Below, one piece after another: positions 41,501 to 50,536 of a DNA stretch of 64,000 bases. Every line of letters starts with the position of its first letter. Positions within the stretch are counted from its first letter, which is position 1. The DNA is from a virus. Lineage: Duplodnaviria; Caudoviricetes. The DNA is taken from positions 1-64,000 of IMG/VR virus record IMGVR_UViG_3300021431_000089. One strand, written 5' to 3'. Position numbers and translations under genes: made by a program. Below the pieces are notes generated by a model. It saw only the letters and a program-made list of their open reading frames with translations. It did not search any database and was not told where the DNA came from.

Positions 41501-43777
41501 AAGATTGCAGACCTCGAAGCAGATAAAGCGACACTTGAAGCCAAGCGCGACTTTGCTATCGCCCAGCTTGAGATGGCACAACAAGTCGCAAATGGTGAAA
41601 ATGAACTAACTGTTGAGCAGTTACAGAACAGACTCAATAATCAGAACCAGGTTGTACAGGCGTTGATTGGTATGGGCTTCGATGAGAGCGAAGCTTATAA
41701 AGCTGTCCTGCAAGCCATGTCTGATAACACTGAAACGTTCGATGGCAATGTAGCCGATACGGCAGAAAATATTGCAGCCAATATGGCATCATCATCGTCT
41801 AGTATGGCGACTGGGTTTAATGCCAATGTGCGTGCCATGAATACTGGTATGCAGATTCTGGTTGGTAACGCGCATCAGGTTGCTGCCGCTATCGATGCAA
41901 TGGGCAGAGGTGAGGTGTCTGGCGCGATCGGTTATACAGATGGCGGTGGCGACGGGCAGACGATTAATACATTTGGCAAACAACTTTCGAAGAAATCTTT
42001 GGTGAGCGCCAATGTAAAATATCGGTCTCGCAACACGCAACTGAATAATATCATTAAGCAAATTAAGACCGATATAAGTGGGTACACTTCTGCTATCAAT
42101 GCGATCAATGGTCAGATTTCAGCATTAAATGCTATTAGAAATAAGGCAATCAGCGATATTGCCAATTACACACCTAAGACGTCCTCCGGCTCGGGCCGTG
42201 GCGGCGGCGGTGGAGGTGGAGGCGGCGGCGGCGGTTCCGGCTCTTCGTCCAACGAAGAGACTTGGTTCCAGAAGCAGTACAAGCTCCACCAGCACTACGT
42301 CAACATGGACAAGGAGACGCAGGCCGACTTCTTGAAGTGGCTCGACAAGGCTTATAAGCAGGCATATAAAGAAGGCATCATTACTCTGGATGAATTCTAC
42401 AAATACGAAGAAGAAGTATACAAAGGATTCAACCAGATCAAAGAGAATGCGAAGTCTACTTTTGATGCATTGGTCGACTACCGTCTCAAGATGCTCCAGA
42501 AGGAACGCGAGAATCAGAAAGAAGAACTTCAGAATCAGCTTAGCGATTTGAAAGACTTCTATGATAAACAGCGTGACATGCTTCAGAAGTCTCAAGATGA
42601 GCAGAAGTACATCAATGAACAGGCCGAGAAGCGTCAGAGTGTCACAGACCTCAAGACCGAAATTGCACGCCTTCAGTTCGACACTTCAGCTTGGGCAACT
42701 AAGCGCAGAATCGAACTGCAACAGCAGCTCTCGGACGCAGAGAAAGACCTGCAGGATTTCGAAGATGAACATGCTTTAGCTGAAGCTTTAGATGCTTTGG
42801 ATGCGGCATACAATGCCGAAGAAGAACGCATCAATAAAGAGATGGAGGCTATCGATGATGTTCTTAATGACCCGGATGCTCTGTACAATCAGGCACTGAA
42901 GGACATTAAAGGTAATACCGAAGACCTCTTCAAAGCTTTCCTTCTCTTTAATAAGAAGTACGGCGACGGCAAAGATGACACAGTCAAGTCGATGTGGGAA
43001 GAGGCGTTCAAGAACAGCGAAGCGTATAAGAAGATTTTTGGTTCTTACTACGAAGGAACAAAGATCGGTAACTATACTGGCTATAAAGCTCCGACTACTA
43101 AATCATCTTCATCATCGACAAAGAGCAGCAGTTCTGGATCGAGTTCAAGCAAGAGCAGCAGCTCTTCATCGAGCAGCAAATCCTCTGGCACCCCTTCTAA
43201 CGGTCAGACGGTTCAGGTTAAAACATCCGCTACAAACTTCAGCCCGAAGAGTGGCAGTGTCCGTATGGCGTCATTCGTTCCGGGCAGTCAGTATACTGTC
43301 TACCAGACGAGCGGCGATGAAGTTCTGATCGGACGTAACGGTGTCTATACTGGCTGGGTCTATAAGAAGGATCTTGTCGGTTATAAGAAAGGCACCAAGA
43401 ACGCCAAACCGGGTCTGCACAAAGTCAACGAGGAAGGCGCAGAAGCGATCTTCACTTCTGGCGATGGAAATAAGTATCGTATGTTCTCTGGTGGTGAGAA
43501 AGTTCTCAACGCCAAAGCAACAAGCTTCTTATATGAATTCGCCACAGCTGGCGCAGAGATCCTCGACAAGATGAAGGGCTCCGTATCTGATTCGTTCAGT
43601 CATATTGGAACATTCAATCAGCCGATCAATATTTCGATGGGCGACATTGTTATTGAGGGCGATACTAACCAGCAGACCGTTTCCGAGATCAGGCGTGCAC
43701 AGCGCGAACAGATCAACGACGTACTCAAATCATTCAAATCATATCAGATCACGTTATATCGTGGTGTTAAATACTAA
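35528..43777 (+). CDS. Tape measure protein
   Basis: ~2750 aa helical; TP901-type core (LQIVTG..FSRLGY..VGTALKTISARIRG); C-terminal SH3-like domain (VLIG..TGWV). Confidence 0.92.
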   Translation: MPDIVIQNNNNFSIDNEAEIARLEKDLAASDAEMTKLRAHAEELERNWERVNGELETTNDLLESARQRVSMLSRSGDFTKTFQRGIRELQGYLKSVNFNDIEGREHKDVKGWIEEVGKGAITAGEAIEKFKTQYKEYILSAVSDSGDQGKFFTDLAVSLDNLAETAKKVLDIVTDLKTNGVQTVQEVKSGVDGANSTISKTTDTMTGLTAVSKETAEGMQGIVTSLKDFAEVGAGTNIANVTASLNALAGVGRGTFGDKSVKNIVYLVQQLQALSAQGQNIQPIKFDVTGVAALKSIDSKSADNIIKVVDALSKMTPAIESIASIGSSADGIKSLIELFKTDPSGGINNLKVSKASLSNLKEYLPQIAGVNTKKLQEIFGINTAGINSLKVSKASVTNVVNLARAAEILRTNGIDLSLKGDAIDELNKLTQEAVDATDATEQLDRSLDNVSEASSLNKTLTETGSLLDGVTLKIEKFTDGSFKNMQDQLKEKFPSIDESSRNQILSVLQDVEGKITSVQAKWAEFQHTGAKQVSQLLINGVDELGRSFQKVINWQEILADRESQTYKIVPFAEETVKFTAQEEKLIEIDGRLADVIVAKRKAQEDYNAALEAGVASKELGQMKNLIGSYEMLEDAIKRGGVAQNDYTLFMSNAASKSRLLTSVLREQTTALKEQETEMVDTTAARLELQNAQLKVQGVIDKALSNGVTEDNEALRGLIDMRDWFSLLEEEISRVGVSQENYDYALKNSSAEIQLYSKQLGFAIDLNKQEAAAAREAAKAEAARVNQTQARGAITTERGRVSGIINSATGLGLSDQDANLQSLVTYTNLLDILENELESANLTQKEFNTIMGNLKSIFKEPEITVKNLTKALKEQQAHIAKSASVYKDIEKACQDYAKAAESTDANVRGAYDGIKKLSFNLDEAGEKLRAGKISAEQYDEELRNTTASLKEYGKTLDDAGYGTDKVSNKFAELAQQLTRFITPLYLARKAWQTIKDMANVVIELEDAFAQLQIVTGATDKELEEFYDTAANIATTLGKSITDIAASIEVFSRLGYALPDATTLAQYATILSNVASVSTDEATTGLTSIIKGYNMHVEQAEHVSDVLVDIGQKYAVSAGEMMSAYERAGAALAATNTSFDKSAAIIAAANAAIQNANTVGTALKTISARIRGSKSDLEELGEDTTLLADGFSKYAKELKAITGVNIMVEGTTNQFKDLYDIMDGIAGVWDQLTDTQQARAAEILGGTRQLQVIASIISNWGDAEKALVTAQESAGAAARANTIYMDTTTAHMNQFKAAFQDLSHTLIESDLLKGVVDLGTNLLKMADAAIELTRSLGGLKPILGAIVGLVLMLRGDAVIGLVSKLGGVFSKVITGLISGLQAVTTAGTGTITVLDLVNGTANTAAASMTTFLSVAGMAVIAISALAAAIKSAREERRAEAEASIKAGQAYADEEKELLELVNKYEDLERSGAAHEDIMAARDAVIDKLREEGQEVEELSDRYRDYTQEVRNSVIEKLKADSYNRGNSIESAREQLDTENYGGYRDVRTIEWDRSDRQKNTEALKSIREYLQLSKTGNKGDRAEIQLDVETGNAMDAFNKVEAAMKKLQEEGNTTNAVYRELSRMYDELSAGVDTYNGLLTDQLNTTAAIQMLSTETPKSIDDYVRMRESIIGMISGQEEFKNTTIDVAAAVDNFLAKQTDFESFNAALKNVSEDAKAEYDSLLKEVSDKNIDITKTVYGNIDMNHRQAIEWTNEMISKYIHELESWGEDINSIRDTLGGTVSTVYGGSEEFDGIEIAFSPILQTENGPVLLSSDSVYSYIEALLDKVRASGESWTTEDLLKLDSEGLVIEGQRIQNIIADVGETAIKTGEAMHYVGDSGALAMAREELYKLAYQAYAAADSANALEQAYAGFSDVKSAFDGVTTSLKAITDMQDLVAEGFDVDVEKAMALAETYPQILDNATVTADGQLLLNEATVNSFLESKQAEIGASIDAKIADLEADKATLEAKRDFAIAQLEMAQQVANGENELTVEQLQNRLNNQNQVVQALIGMGFDESEAYKAVLQAMSDNTETFDGNVADTAENIAANMASSSSSMATGFNANVRAMNTGMQILVGNAHQVAAAIDAMGRGEVSGAIGYTDGGGDGQTINTFGKQLSKKSLVSANVKYRSRNTQLNNIIKQIKTDISGYTSAINAINGQISALNAIRNKAISDIANYTPKTSSGSGRGGGGGGGGGGGGSGSSSNEETWFQKQYKLHQHYVNMDKETQADFLKWLDKAYKQAYKEGIITLDEFYKYEEEVYKGFNQIKENAKSTFDALVDYRLKMLQKERENQKEELQNQLSDLKDFYDKQRDMLQKSQDEQKYINEQAEKRQSVTDLKTEIARLQFDTSAWATKRRIELQQQLSDAEKDLQDFEDEHALAEALDALDAAYNAEEERINKEMEAIDDVLNDPDALYNQALKDIKGNTEDLFKAFLLFNKKYGDGKDDTVKSMWEEAFKNSEAYKKIFGSYYEGTKIGNYTGYKAPTTKSSSSSTKSSSSGSSSSKSSSSSSSSKSSGTPSNGQTVQVKTSATNFSPKSGSVRMASFVPGSQYTVYQTSGDEVLIGRNGVYTGWVYKKDLVGYKKGTKNAKPGLHKVNEEGAEAIFTSGDGNKYRMFSGGEKVLNAKATSFLYEFATAGAEILDKMKGSVSDSFSHIGTFNQPINISMGDIVIEGDTNQQTVSEIRRAQREQINDVLKSFKSYQITLYRGVKY

Positions 43778-43875
43778 TAATTCGGTTGGGTGGCAATCGT
43801 AAATTCGGTTGCCTCCCGACCATCCATAATGCTTATTCAAAGATTGGTTTTATAAAGAAAAGGAGGCCGAGCGCT

Positions 43876-44703
43876 ATGGCAGATATATATGGGTCGCATT
43901 TCGAATATGGCGGCATAGACTCTTCTACATACGGTCTGATTATTGCCAACGTAGAGAGCACACGATTTAATCAAGTTGCCGGAACGATCACACCTGTGAC
44001 GCTTTTTAGCAAACGCGGCAAAAAGAATTATCTGATTGACGATGACTATTCAGGGTCTCCGCTTTCATTCGAGGTGGATATCGTCACTGACGATGAGCAC
44101 ACACTCAGTCAGTCAGATCGGCGTGCCATTGAACGGTGGCTGTTCAATCGCCACAGCTATCGCAAGCTGTATTTAAATCGAACAGAGAATCCAGATACTG
44201 TCGAGACTGTAGATGGAAGCGAGAAACGTCTGTATATGAACTGCAGATTTATCAACGCTTTCTATCTGGAGTATCAATGCGGTATCGTTGGTTACCGTGT
44301 GACTCTTGCGACAGACTGCGGTTATTGGTGGCAGGACGCAGTGACCAAGACATTTAATCTTGGCCACACTTCCGAGAATGCTTCAACAGTTATTCATGTC
44401 GATGTTGATGCGGACGTTGACGACTACACTTATCCAAAAGTGACTGTTATTATGAACAGTTCGGGCGGCGATTTATATATCACTAACAACACCGACAGCG
44501 ATACACGCATGACTGCTTTCACCACCCTTCCGGCTGGCGCTACGGTCACAATCGATAGTAACTACAACTTTATCAGCGGGCAATATTATGATCATTTCTA
44601 CAGGCAGTACTTCCCCCGCCTTCTCACTGGAAATAATACAATCACAGTTAGGGGGAACGTGCAGTCTATTGCGTTTGAATACAGCAATAGGAGGAACTTG
44701 TAG
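43876..44703 (+). CDS. Distal tail protein (Dit)
   Basis: Follows the TMP; FEYGGIDSSTYGL start, FPRLLTGNNTITV end. Confidence 0.75.
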   Translation: MADIYGSHFEYGGIDSSTYGLIIANVESTRFNQVAGTITPVTLFSKRGKKNYLIDDDYSGSPLSFEVDIVTDDEHTLSQSDRRAIERWLFNRHSYRKLYLNRTENPDTVETVDGSEKRLYMNCRFINAFYLEYQCGIVGYRVTLATDCGYWWQDAVTKTFNLGHTSENASTVIHVDVDADVDDYTYPKVTVIMNSSGGDLYITNNTDSDTRMTAFTTLPAGATVTIDSNYNFISGQYYDHFYRQYFPRLLTGNNTITVRGNVQSIAFEYSNRRNL

Positions 44704-47700
44704 TGATTGTTAAATATGATTCTCTCGATCGATTCGAGAAGCCGAAGCTGACATTGTGTAATCCGGGTGCCAGATATACAGATGGTCACCTGACCAAAGT
44801 CCTCGGGGTCTTGAGCGATTATGATTCAGAAGAAATCGTATTTAACTTTAACTCCACATCGGAGTTAAATTTCAGAATCTATCGTGTCAAACACGACGAC
44901 CCCGATGAAGACAGCCACGCGGCATTTCTGTATAACTCTATTAAACACAGACGCCTTATCTTCGTAGAAGATGTAGGCTTTTTTGTTATCTCCGATACAC
45001 ATGAGGGTTATGAGGGTCTGGAGAATTTCATTGATGTTACGGCAAAATCGGCAGATGCCGAAATTGAACAAAAGAAAGTCCCCTACATTGAAGATAATAC
45101 CTACCCCTTCAGAACTCAATCGGAGGATGAAGTCGGCCTTCTCGACATGCTTGTCCAGTACCTGCCCTTATGGACTATTGGTACTGTTGACAACGCTGTC
45201 GCAGAACGCTGGCGCACATTTGAAGATGTATCAGTCGATGAGAACGTTCTGTCATTCATGCTCCAAGAGATGCAGGACGCATACGAATGCATCTTCGTAT
45301 TTGACATCATCAATCGAGTGATCGATGTCTACGACCAGAATAATTATGTCCGGTCAACTAACATTCATTTAACCGAAGACGATCTGATCAACACCATGGG
45401 TGTTGACTCCAGTTCGGCTGATGTATATACAGCCATCAGTGTAGTTGGTGGCGAGAACGTTACCATCGGCGCAATCAACCCGATCGGTACGAATACAATC
45501 TATGACTTCTCATACTACATCGACTGGATGTCTGACGAGCTTGGCGCGAAGGTTCGTGCTTGGCAGTTGGCGGTCGAGAATAATAAGGAGCATTACAAAG
45601 AACTGAACCTTCAGTATTACACCCTTCTCAACTCTTGCTATACATCCAACTATGAACTGCAGCGACTCAACACGCAGCTGACGATCTACAAGCGTATGCG
45701 CGAGAACATCGTCGCTGGGTCGAGCGGTGCGGCTCTTAATGAGTATAACAAGGTAATCACAGAGAATGGCGGCACAGCAATCCCTATTACTGAAAGTATC
45801 AGCGCAATGCTGCTTGCTGTTGATGCACGCATTCTGGATGTTAAGGACGCTATCCTGCATGCAGAAGATAGTCTGAATGACTATAACAGTGAGCTTGACT
45901 ACTTGGAAAAGGACATCAAAGAAATTGTTGATAGTCTTTCATTTACAACTTACTTCACCGAAGAAGAATATAACGAACTTTACTATTACATCTTTGAAGG
46001 AAGTTATAACGATGAATTTGTTCTCCTGACAAGTGAGATGACACCGCTTGAGCAATTCGAGCAGATGCAGACACTGTATGATCGTGCACAGCTCCAGCTG
46101 AAGCGTGTGTCCCGCCCTACTGAACAGTTCAATATTGACGTTGAGAATTTCGTCTTCGCTAAAGAATTTGAGCGTTGGTCAGAACAATTGGAGACAGGTT
46201 GCTTAATTAATGTAGAGCTGCCGAACGGCGAAGTCGCCGCTCTTTTCTTAAGCAACATCACAATCAACTACGATGACCATAGCCTGACTATGACGTTCGG
46301 TAACAGGTTCAATAAGTTTGACCCGAAGACATTATTCGAAAATGTTCTTGGCGGCATCAATCGATCTGCCAACTCAATCAACTATTTAAAGGATACTGTC
46401 TATCCGTTCAAGAACGGTGAGTTCAACGCAATGCGTGAACAGATTCAGGCATCACGTGATCTCACAATGGACGCAGCATTGGCTTCTGAGAACGAAGAAG
46501 TCACCATCGATGGCTCCGGTTACACAGGCCGTGAGATCAGAGAAGACGGATCATACGATCCGAGGCAGGTAAAGATTACAGGTAAGAGCATCGTGTTTAC
46601 AGATGATGCATGGGAGACCTGTAAGACTGCTATTGGTGAAATTCTTTTAGGCGATGGTACATCTACATATGGTATCAATGCCGAGACCATCATCGGCGAT
46701 CTGATCATTGGTAACCAACTTGTTATTAAGGATAATGATGGTAACGACCTTTTCACTATCATTGATAACAGAGTCACCTCTGGCGTTAGCAGTATCGATG
46801 CACGTGTCAGCAAAACAATCAAAGATACAGACTTCACATACTGTTTGCGAGAGGTCGGCACCTCACCAGCAGCAACTGATACAGACTGGACTACTGTCTT
46901 TCCGACAGAACGCGACGGTAAGCGCATCTGGCGCAAGACTGTGCTGACGCTTGAGGATGGCACACGGGTCATCAAAGCTATTGAAGACATTACTGGCGCA
47001 GACGGCACAAGTGGTGATGATGGCTTATCTGTCAAATCTATTGCATATGAATATTGTTTGAGCGGATCAGACAAAGTCATCACGTGGCCTGTCTATCCAA
47101 GCACCGAGACAATTGTTGACACCGTCTACCCTTCTGTCGCAGAGTGGGCACCGGAATGGAGTGAAAACATCCCGCCATATATCGCCGGATACTATTACTG
47201 GAAACGTGTAATCACTACTTACACAGACGACACGCAGGTCATTGGAGAGCCGTTTGTCGACTATCTGCTTAGCACTATGTACACTTCGATTACGACCAAT
47301 TCGACACGTATCGATCAGACTGATCGTGAAATTTCTTTGGTCGCCAATCGCACGACAACGGTAGCACAGGGAATCGCAGACCTTGATTCTAAGATTGATA
47401 ACTCAATTAAGAAGGTTACAGAAAACATTGCTTCGCTGAATATTACAGCGGATCAGATTACTGCCGAAGTAGCTCAGACAGTACGCGAAGGCATTGACCG
47501 TGATTACAAGTACGCCAGAACTTGGCTCAACCAGGATGGACTGAATATAGCAACCAGCGCGTCAACAACAGAGAGCTTGATTGATGGTACTGGTCTTGAG
47601 GTTCGCGAAGTAATCAGAGAGGCCGATGGAACTATTGCCAAAGACGAAAACGGCAATGAAAAGATCACAACAATTATGAAGGCTAAGGGCGGCGAAGTAG

Positions 47701-47864
47701 AGGCCGCTCGTTTTAAAGCTACAGAAACATTTACATACGACTCAGGCAAAGGATATACCACTACGATGAAGGTCTACTACTCGTCAGTCGATCAAGAGTC
47801 CGGCATCGGATGGTATTGGAGAGAATTGCCCCAAGAAGAGGAAGGAACGGAGGTGGGTAACTAA
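44703..47864 (+). CDS. Tail hub/Tal-like protein
   Basis: Follows Dit; INPIGTNTIYDFSY; coiled coils; gp58-like GINAETIIG. Confidence 0.7.
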   Translation: MIVKYDSLDRFEKPKLTLCNPGARYTDGHLTKVLGVLSDYDSEEIVFNFNSTSELNFRIYRVKHDDPDEDSHAAFLYNSIKHRRLIFVEDVGFFVISDTHEGYEGLENFIDVTAKSADAEIEQKKVPYIEDNTYPFRTQSEDEVGLLDMLVQYLPLWTIGTVDNAVAERWRTFEDVSVDENVLSFMLQEMQDAYECIFVFDIINRVIDVYDQNNYVRSTNIHLTEDDLINTMGVDSSSADVYTAISVVGGENVTIGAINPIGTNTIYDFSYYIDWMSDELGAKVRAWQLAVENNKEHYKELNLQYYTLLNSCYTSNYELQRLNTQLTIYKRMRENIVAGSSGAALNEYNKVITENGGTAIPITESISAMLLAVDARILDVKDAILHAEDSLNDYNSELDYLEKDIKEIVDSLSFTTYFTEEEYNELYYYIFEGSYNDEFVLLTSEMTPLEQFEQMQTLYDRAQLQLKRVSRPTEQFNIDVENFVFAKEFERWSEQLETGCLINVELPNGEVAALFLSNITINYDDHSLTMTFGNRFNKFDPKTLFENVLGGINRSANSINYLKDTVYPFKNGEFNAMREQIQASRDLTMDAALASENEEVTIDGSGYTGREIREDGSYDPRQVKITGKSIVFTDDAWETCKTAIGEILLGDGTSTYGINAETIIGDLIIGNQLVIKDNDGNDLFTIIDNRVTSGVSSIDARVSKTIKDTDFTYCLREVGTSPAATDTDWTTVFPTERDGKRIWRKTVLTLEDGTRVIKAIEDITGADGTSGDDGLSVKSIAYEYCLSGSDKVITWPVYPSTETIVDTVYPSVAEWAPEWSENIPPYIAGYYYWKRVITTYTDDTQVIGEPFVDYLLSTMYTSITTNSTRIDQTDREISLVANRTTTVAQGIADLDSKIDNSIKKVTENIASLNITADQITAEVAQTVREGIDRDYKYARTWLNQDGLNIATSASTTESLIDGTGLEVREVIREADGTIAKDENGNEKITTIMKAKGGEVEAARFKATETFTYDSGKGYTTTMKVYYSSVDQESGIGWYWRELPQEEEGTEVGN

Positions 47865-49711
47865 TGGCAAATATCACCGCAAGTAAATCGGTTAATACAT
47901 ACGCTCCGGCATATCCATCATCGTACCCGTATGAATTATATATATCTGTCGAAGAGACCGGAACAAGTACTGCGGCTAATACATCATCGCTAAAATTCGA
48001 GGCGTGGATATGGTCGCATGGAGCTTCATTTAGTTCTAACTACTCAAACTCGATGAGTATTTGGTGGTACGACGACAATAACTATAAAAACGGAAAGTGT
48101 ATTGTACGCAATACATCAATCTCATCGCTCGCACAGAATTCGTGGATTACAATTACAGGCACTGCAGAGGTCTCACATAACAACAGTGGTAAGCTCAAGG
48201 GCTGGGCTGGTGTTTATTGGACAAAGAGCGACAACAACTCTTATACACCAGCGACCGCTCAGGCAGAGACGGCATGGTTCGATCTGTCGACGATTAAACG
48301 CGCATCGGTTATTTCTCTCGACAAGGATTCTGTCGTGTGTGACGGGCGCAACTCGGTTGTTATTAGCCTCTCGCGCCCCACTTCCAGCTTCACTGACACT
48401 ATCACTTACTCTTTTGGCAGAGCGACTGGAACAATTGCCACAAAGACAACAAGTACTTCTATTACGTGGGTTGTCCCAACAACGCTTCTCGATCAGATCC
48501 CGAACGACAAAGAAGGAACTGTTGAGCTAAAGTGCCAATCTTATAACGGGAACACTGCATACGGTTCGAGCACGGCTTCATTAAGAATCACAACAACCGA
48601 GGCTTTCCACGGCCCGAAAATAGTTGTCAAGCTGGAGTACGACGGGAACGGCAACGTTGCATACGGTAATCGTACGCTTAGTGACATCACTGGTGCGAAC
48701 AAATACATTTCTGGTAAATCAAAAATCTGCTTTGAATTAGAATGTACGGCGTATTATGGCGCGTCACGTGCTCGTACCGAAACAACGCTCAACGGGATGA
48801 TGTCGGGCGGTACGCTAACACCATCATTCGAAGGTGATTTCGGCGACGGGAAGGTTGTCATTACAACCAGAGACACACGTGGTTATGTTGCTAAAAAGGA
48901 AATCACTTTAGATGTTGTCAATTACTTCGAGCCAACAATCACAAGTGCTGTTGCCGACAGAGACACTACTAACGTTCAAAAGGTAATAGGTTCCCTGTCT
49001 GGTAAGTGGTTCAACGGTAGCCTTGGTGCCGAGGATAATGCATTAACAATTTCTGTTTCTTACAACAATCCTGATACGGGCCCGACCACAGTGACGGCAA
49101 CCAGTGTTGGTAACACATGGTCTTATACGGGGGAACTGTTCACTGGCTTGGCTGAGGCGCAGAGCAGTAACGTACAGTTCGTCATCAGCGATGTATTCTC
49201 AAGCGTTACCTCAAACATCATTCCGATTTATGAATACATACCTGTGTTTGCCATGTTCCAGAACCACTTCGATGTCTTTGGAACTTTACACATTCATGAC
49301 CGAGAAGATCCATCAAAGTTTACGGTCATCGGGTATGATTATTGGAATTATCATGCGGGTGATGTGGTTACCTTCGAACCACTGACGGCGTCATTCAGCG
49401 GATTTATGACGTCAGATTCGGGCGTAATCGTATTCACAATTCCGCTCGTTAAGAACGTTCCAGATGGCGTTACAACAACGGTCATCGGTGATATCATTGT
49501 CCGCCATGCAGACGGAAGCTATATCGGCGGTCAGAATGGCGATCTTATTACAAACATCGGTGTTCCCGAAATTACGACAGACAATAACTACGTGCGCATC
49601 AAAATCACGTTGCCGAGCAAATCGTCATTGACGAACAACTCGGTTCTGTGTGTAACACCGGGAACAACGGGTTTAACAGTTGCTTTTGCAGAAGCACAAC
49701 AAGGAGGATGA
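47864..49711 (+). CDS. Minor tail protein (DUF859-like)
   Basis: LSTIKRAS..FTDTITYSFG..ITWVVP..QIPN pattern. Confidence 0.65.
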   Translation: MANITASKSVNTYAPAYPSSYPYELYISVEETGTSTAANTSSLKFEAWIWSHGASFSSNYSNSMSIWWYDDNNYKNGKCIVRNTSISSLAQNSWITITGTAEVSHNNSGKLKGWAGVYWTKSDNNSYTPATAQAETAWFDLSTIKRASVISLDKDSVVCDGRNSVVISLSRPTSSFTDTITYSFGRATGTIATKTTSTSITWVVPTTLLDQIPNDKEGTVELKCQSYNGNTAYGSSTASLRITTTEAFHGPKIVVKLEYDGNGNVAYGNRTLSDITGANKYISGKSKICFELECTAYYGASRARTETTLNGMMSGGTLTPSFEGDFGDGKVVITTRDTRGYVAKKEITLDVVNYFEPTITSAVADRDTTNVQKVIGSLSGKWFNGSLGAEDNALTISVSYNNPDTGPTTVTATSVGNTWSYTGELFTGLAEAQSSNVQFVISDVFSSVTSNIIPIYEYIPVFAMFQNHFDVFGTLHIHDREDPSKFTVIGYDYWNYHAGDVVTFEPLTASFSGFMTSDSGVIVFTIPLVKNVPDGVTTTVIGDIIVRHADGSYIGGQNGDLITNIGVPEITTDNNYVRIKITLPSKSSLTNNSVLCVTPGTTGLTVAFAEAQQGG

Positions 49712-49715
49712 TTGA

Positions 49716-49928
49716 ATGCCATACAACAAAACAACCTGGGTCGATAATACGACAGCGATCACGGCGGAACGGCTCAATAACATGGAAAATGGCATTGAGT
49801 CCGCAAACGGGATCGTGCCAACCACTGAGGGTGAAGCTGGTCAGGTATTAACTAAAACAGAAAACGGAGTGACGTGGGCGGAGTCCGCAACATCCCCTAA
49901 CGTTGTCGGGGAGGTTCTTGAATTATGA
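49716..49928 (+). CDS. Small tail-associated protein
   Basis: YNKTTW..TAITAERLNNMENGI motif. Confidence 0.65.
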   Translation: MPYNKTTWVDNTTAITAERLNNMENGIESANGIVPTTEGEAGQVLTKTENGVTWAESATSPNVVGEVLEL

Positions 49929-50263
49929 CAGCAAGGATCAGCGGCAAGAACATTTCACTGACTCGCGGCGACACATTCAAAGCGGTTGTCGAAATTCTAA
50001 ATGAAGATGGAACACCGTACACACCGTTGCCCGGCGACTCCGTTCGTTTCAAAATGAAAGCGAACTATAACGCGTCAGAGGTCAAGATCGAGAAAGAGAT
50101 TCCTCTGGATACATTATTATTGGAGATCGACCCTGAAGATACTAAAGGACTAAAGATGCCGTCTGAGTATGTTTATGATATTCAGATCACACATATCAAT
50201 GGCGACGTCGATACATTCATAGACAGGGGTAAATTTAAGATTACCGAGGAGACAGATAAATGA
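49925..50263 (+). CDS. BppU-N-like baseplate/adaptor protein
   Basis: ISLTRGDT..PEDTKGL..YVYDIQIT. Confidence 0.6.
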   Translation: MTARISGKNISLTRGDTFKAVVEILNEDGTPYTPLPGDSVRFKMKANYNASEVKIEKEIPLDTLLLEIDPEDTKGLKMPSEYVYDIQITHINGDVDTFIDRGKFKITEETDK

Positions 50264-50520
50264 CAGAGAAATTAAGTGGCACCCTCTCTCAGACGGGTAA
50301 ATTAAGCGGCACATTAACTTCAAAAAATCGCTTATCTGGAAGTCTATCTATGGCGGTCGATACAATTTTCAATGATGACTATAACAAATTAAAAGAGGAG
50401 ACGCTTCCTCAGATCAACAGCGTGACTTTAAAGGGAAATAAACTTTCGTCTGAACTGCATGTTCAGCATGAGATGAATGCAATTTCATATCAGGATATTG
50501 ATGAATTGCTTTTTGGTTAA
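50260..50520 (+). CDS. Small tail-associated protein
   Basis: (K/R)LSG(T/S)L x3; PQINSVTLKGNK. Confidence 0.6.
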   Translation: MTEKLSGTLSQTGKLSGTLTSKNRLSGSLSMAVDTIFNDDYNKLKEETLPQINSVTLKGNKLSSELHVQHEMNAISYQDIDELLFG

Positions 50521-50536
50521 ATAGGAGGTTATACAC

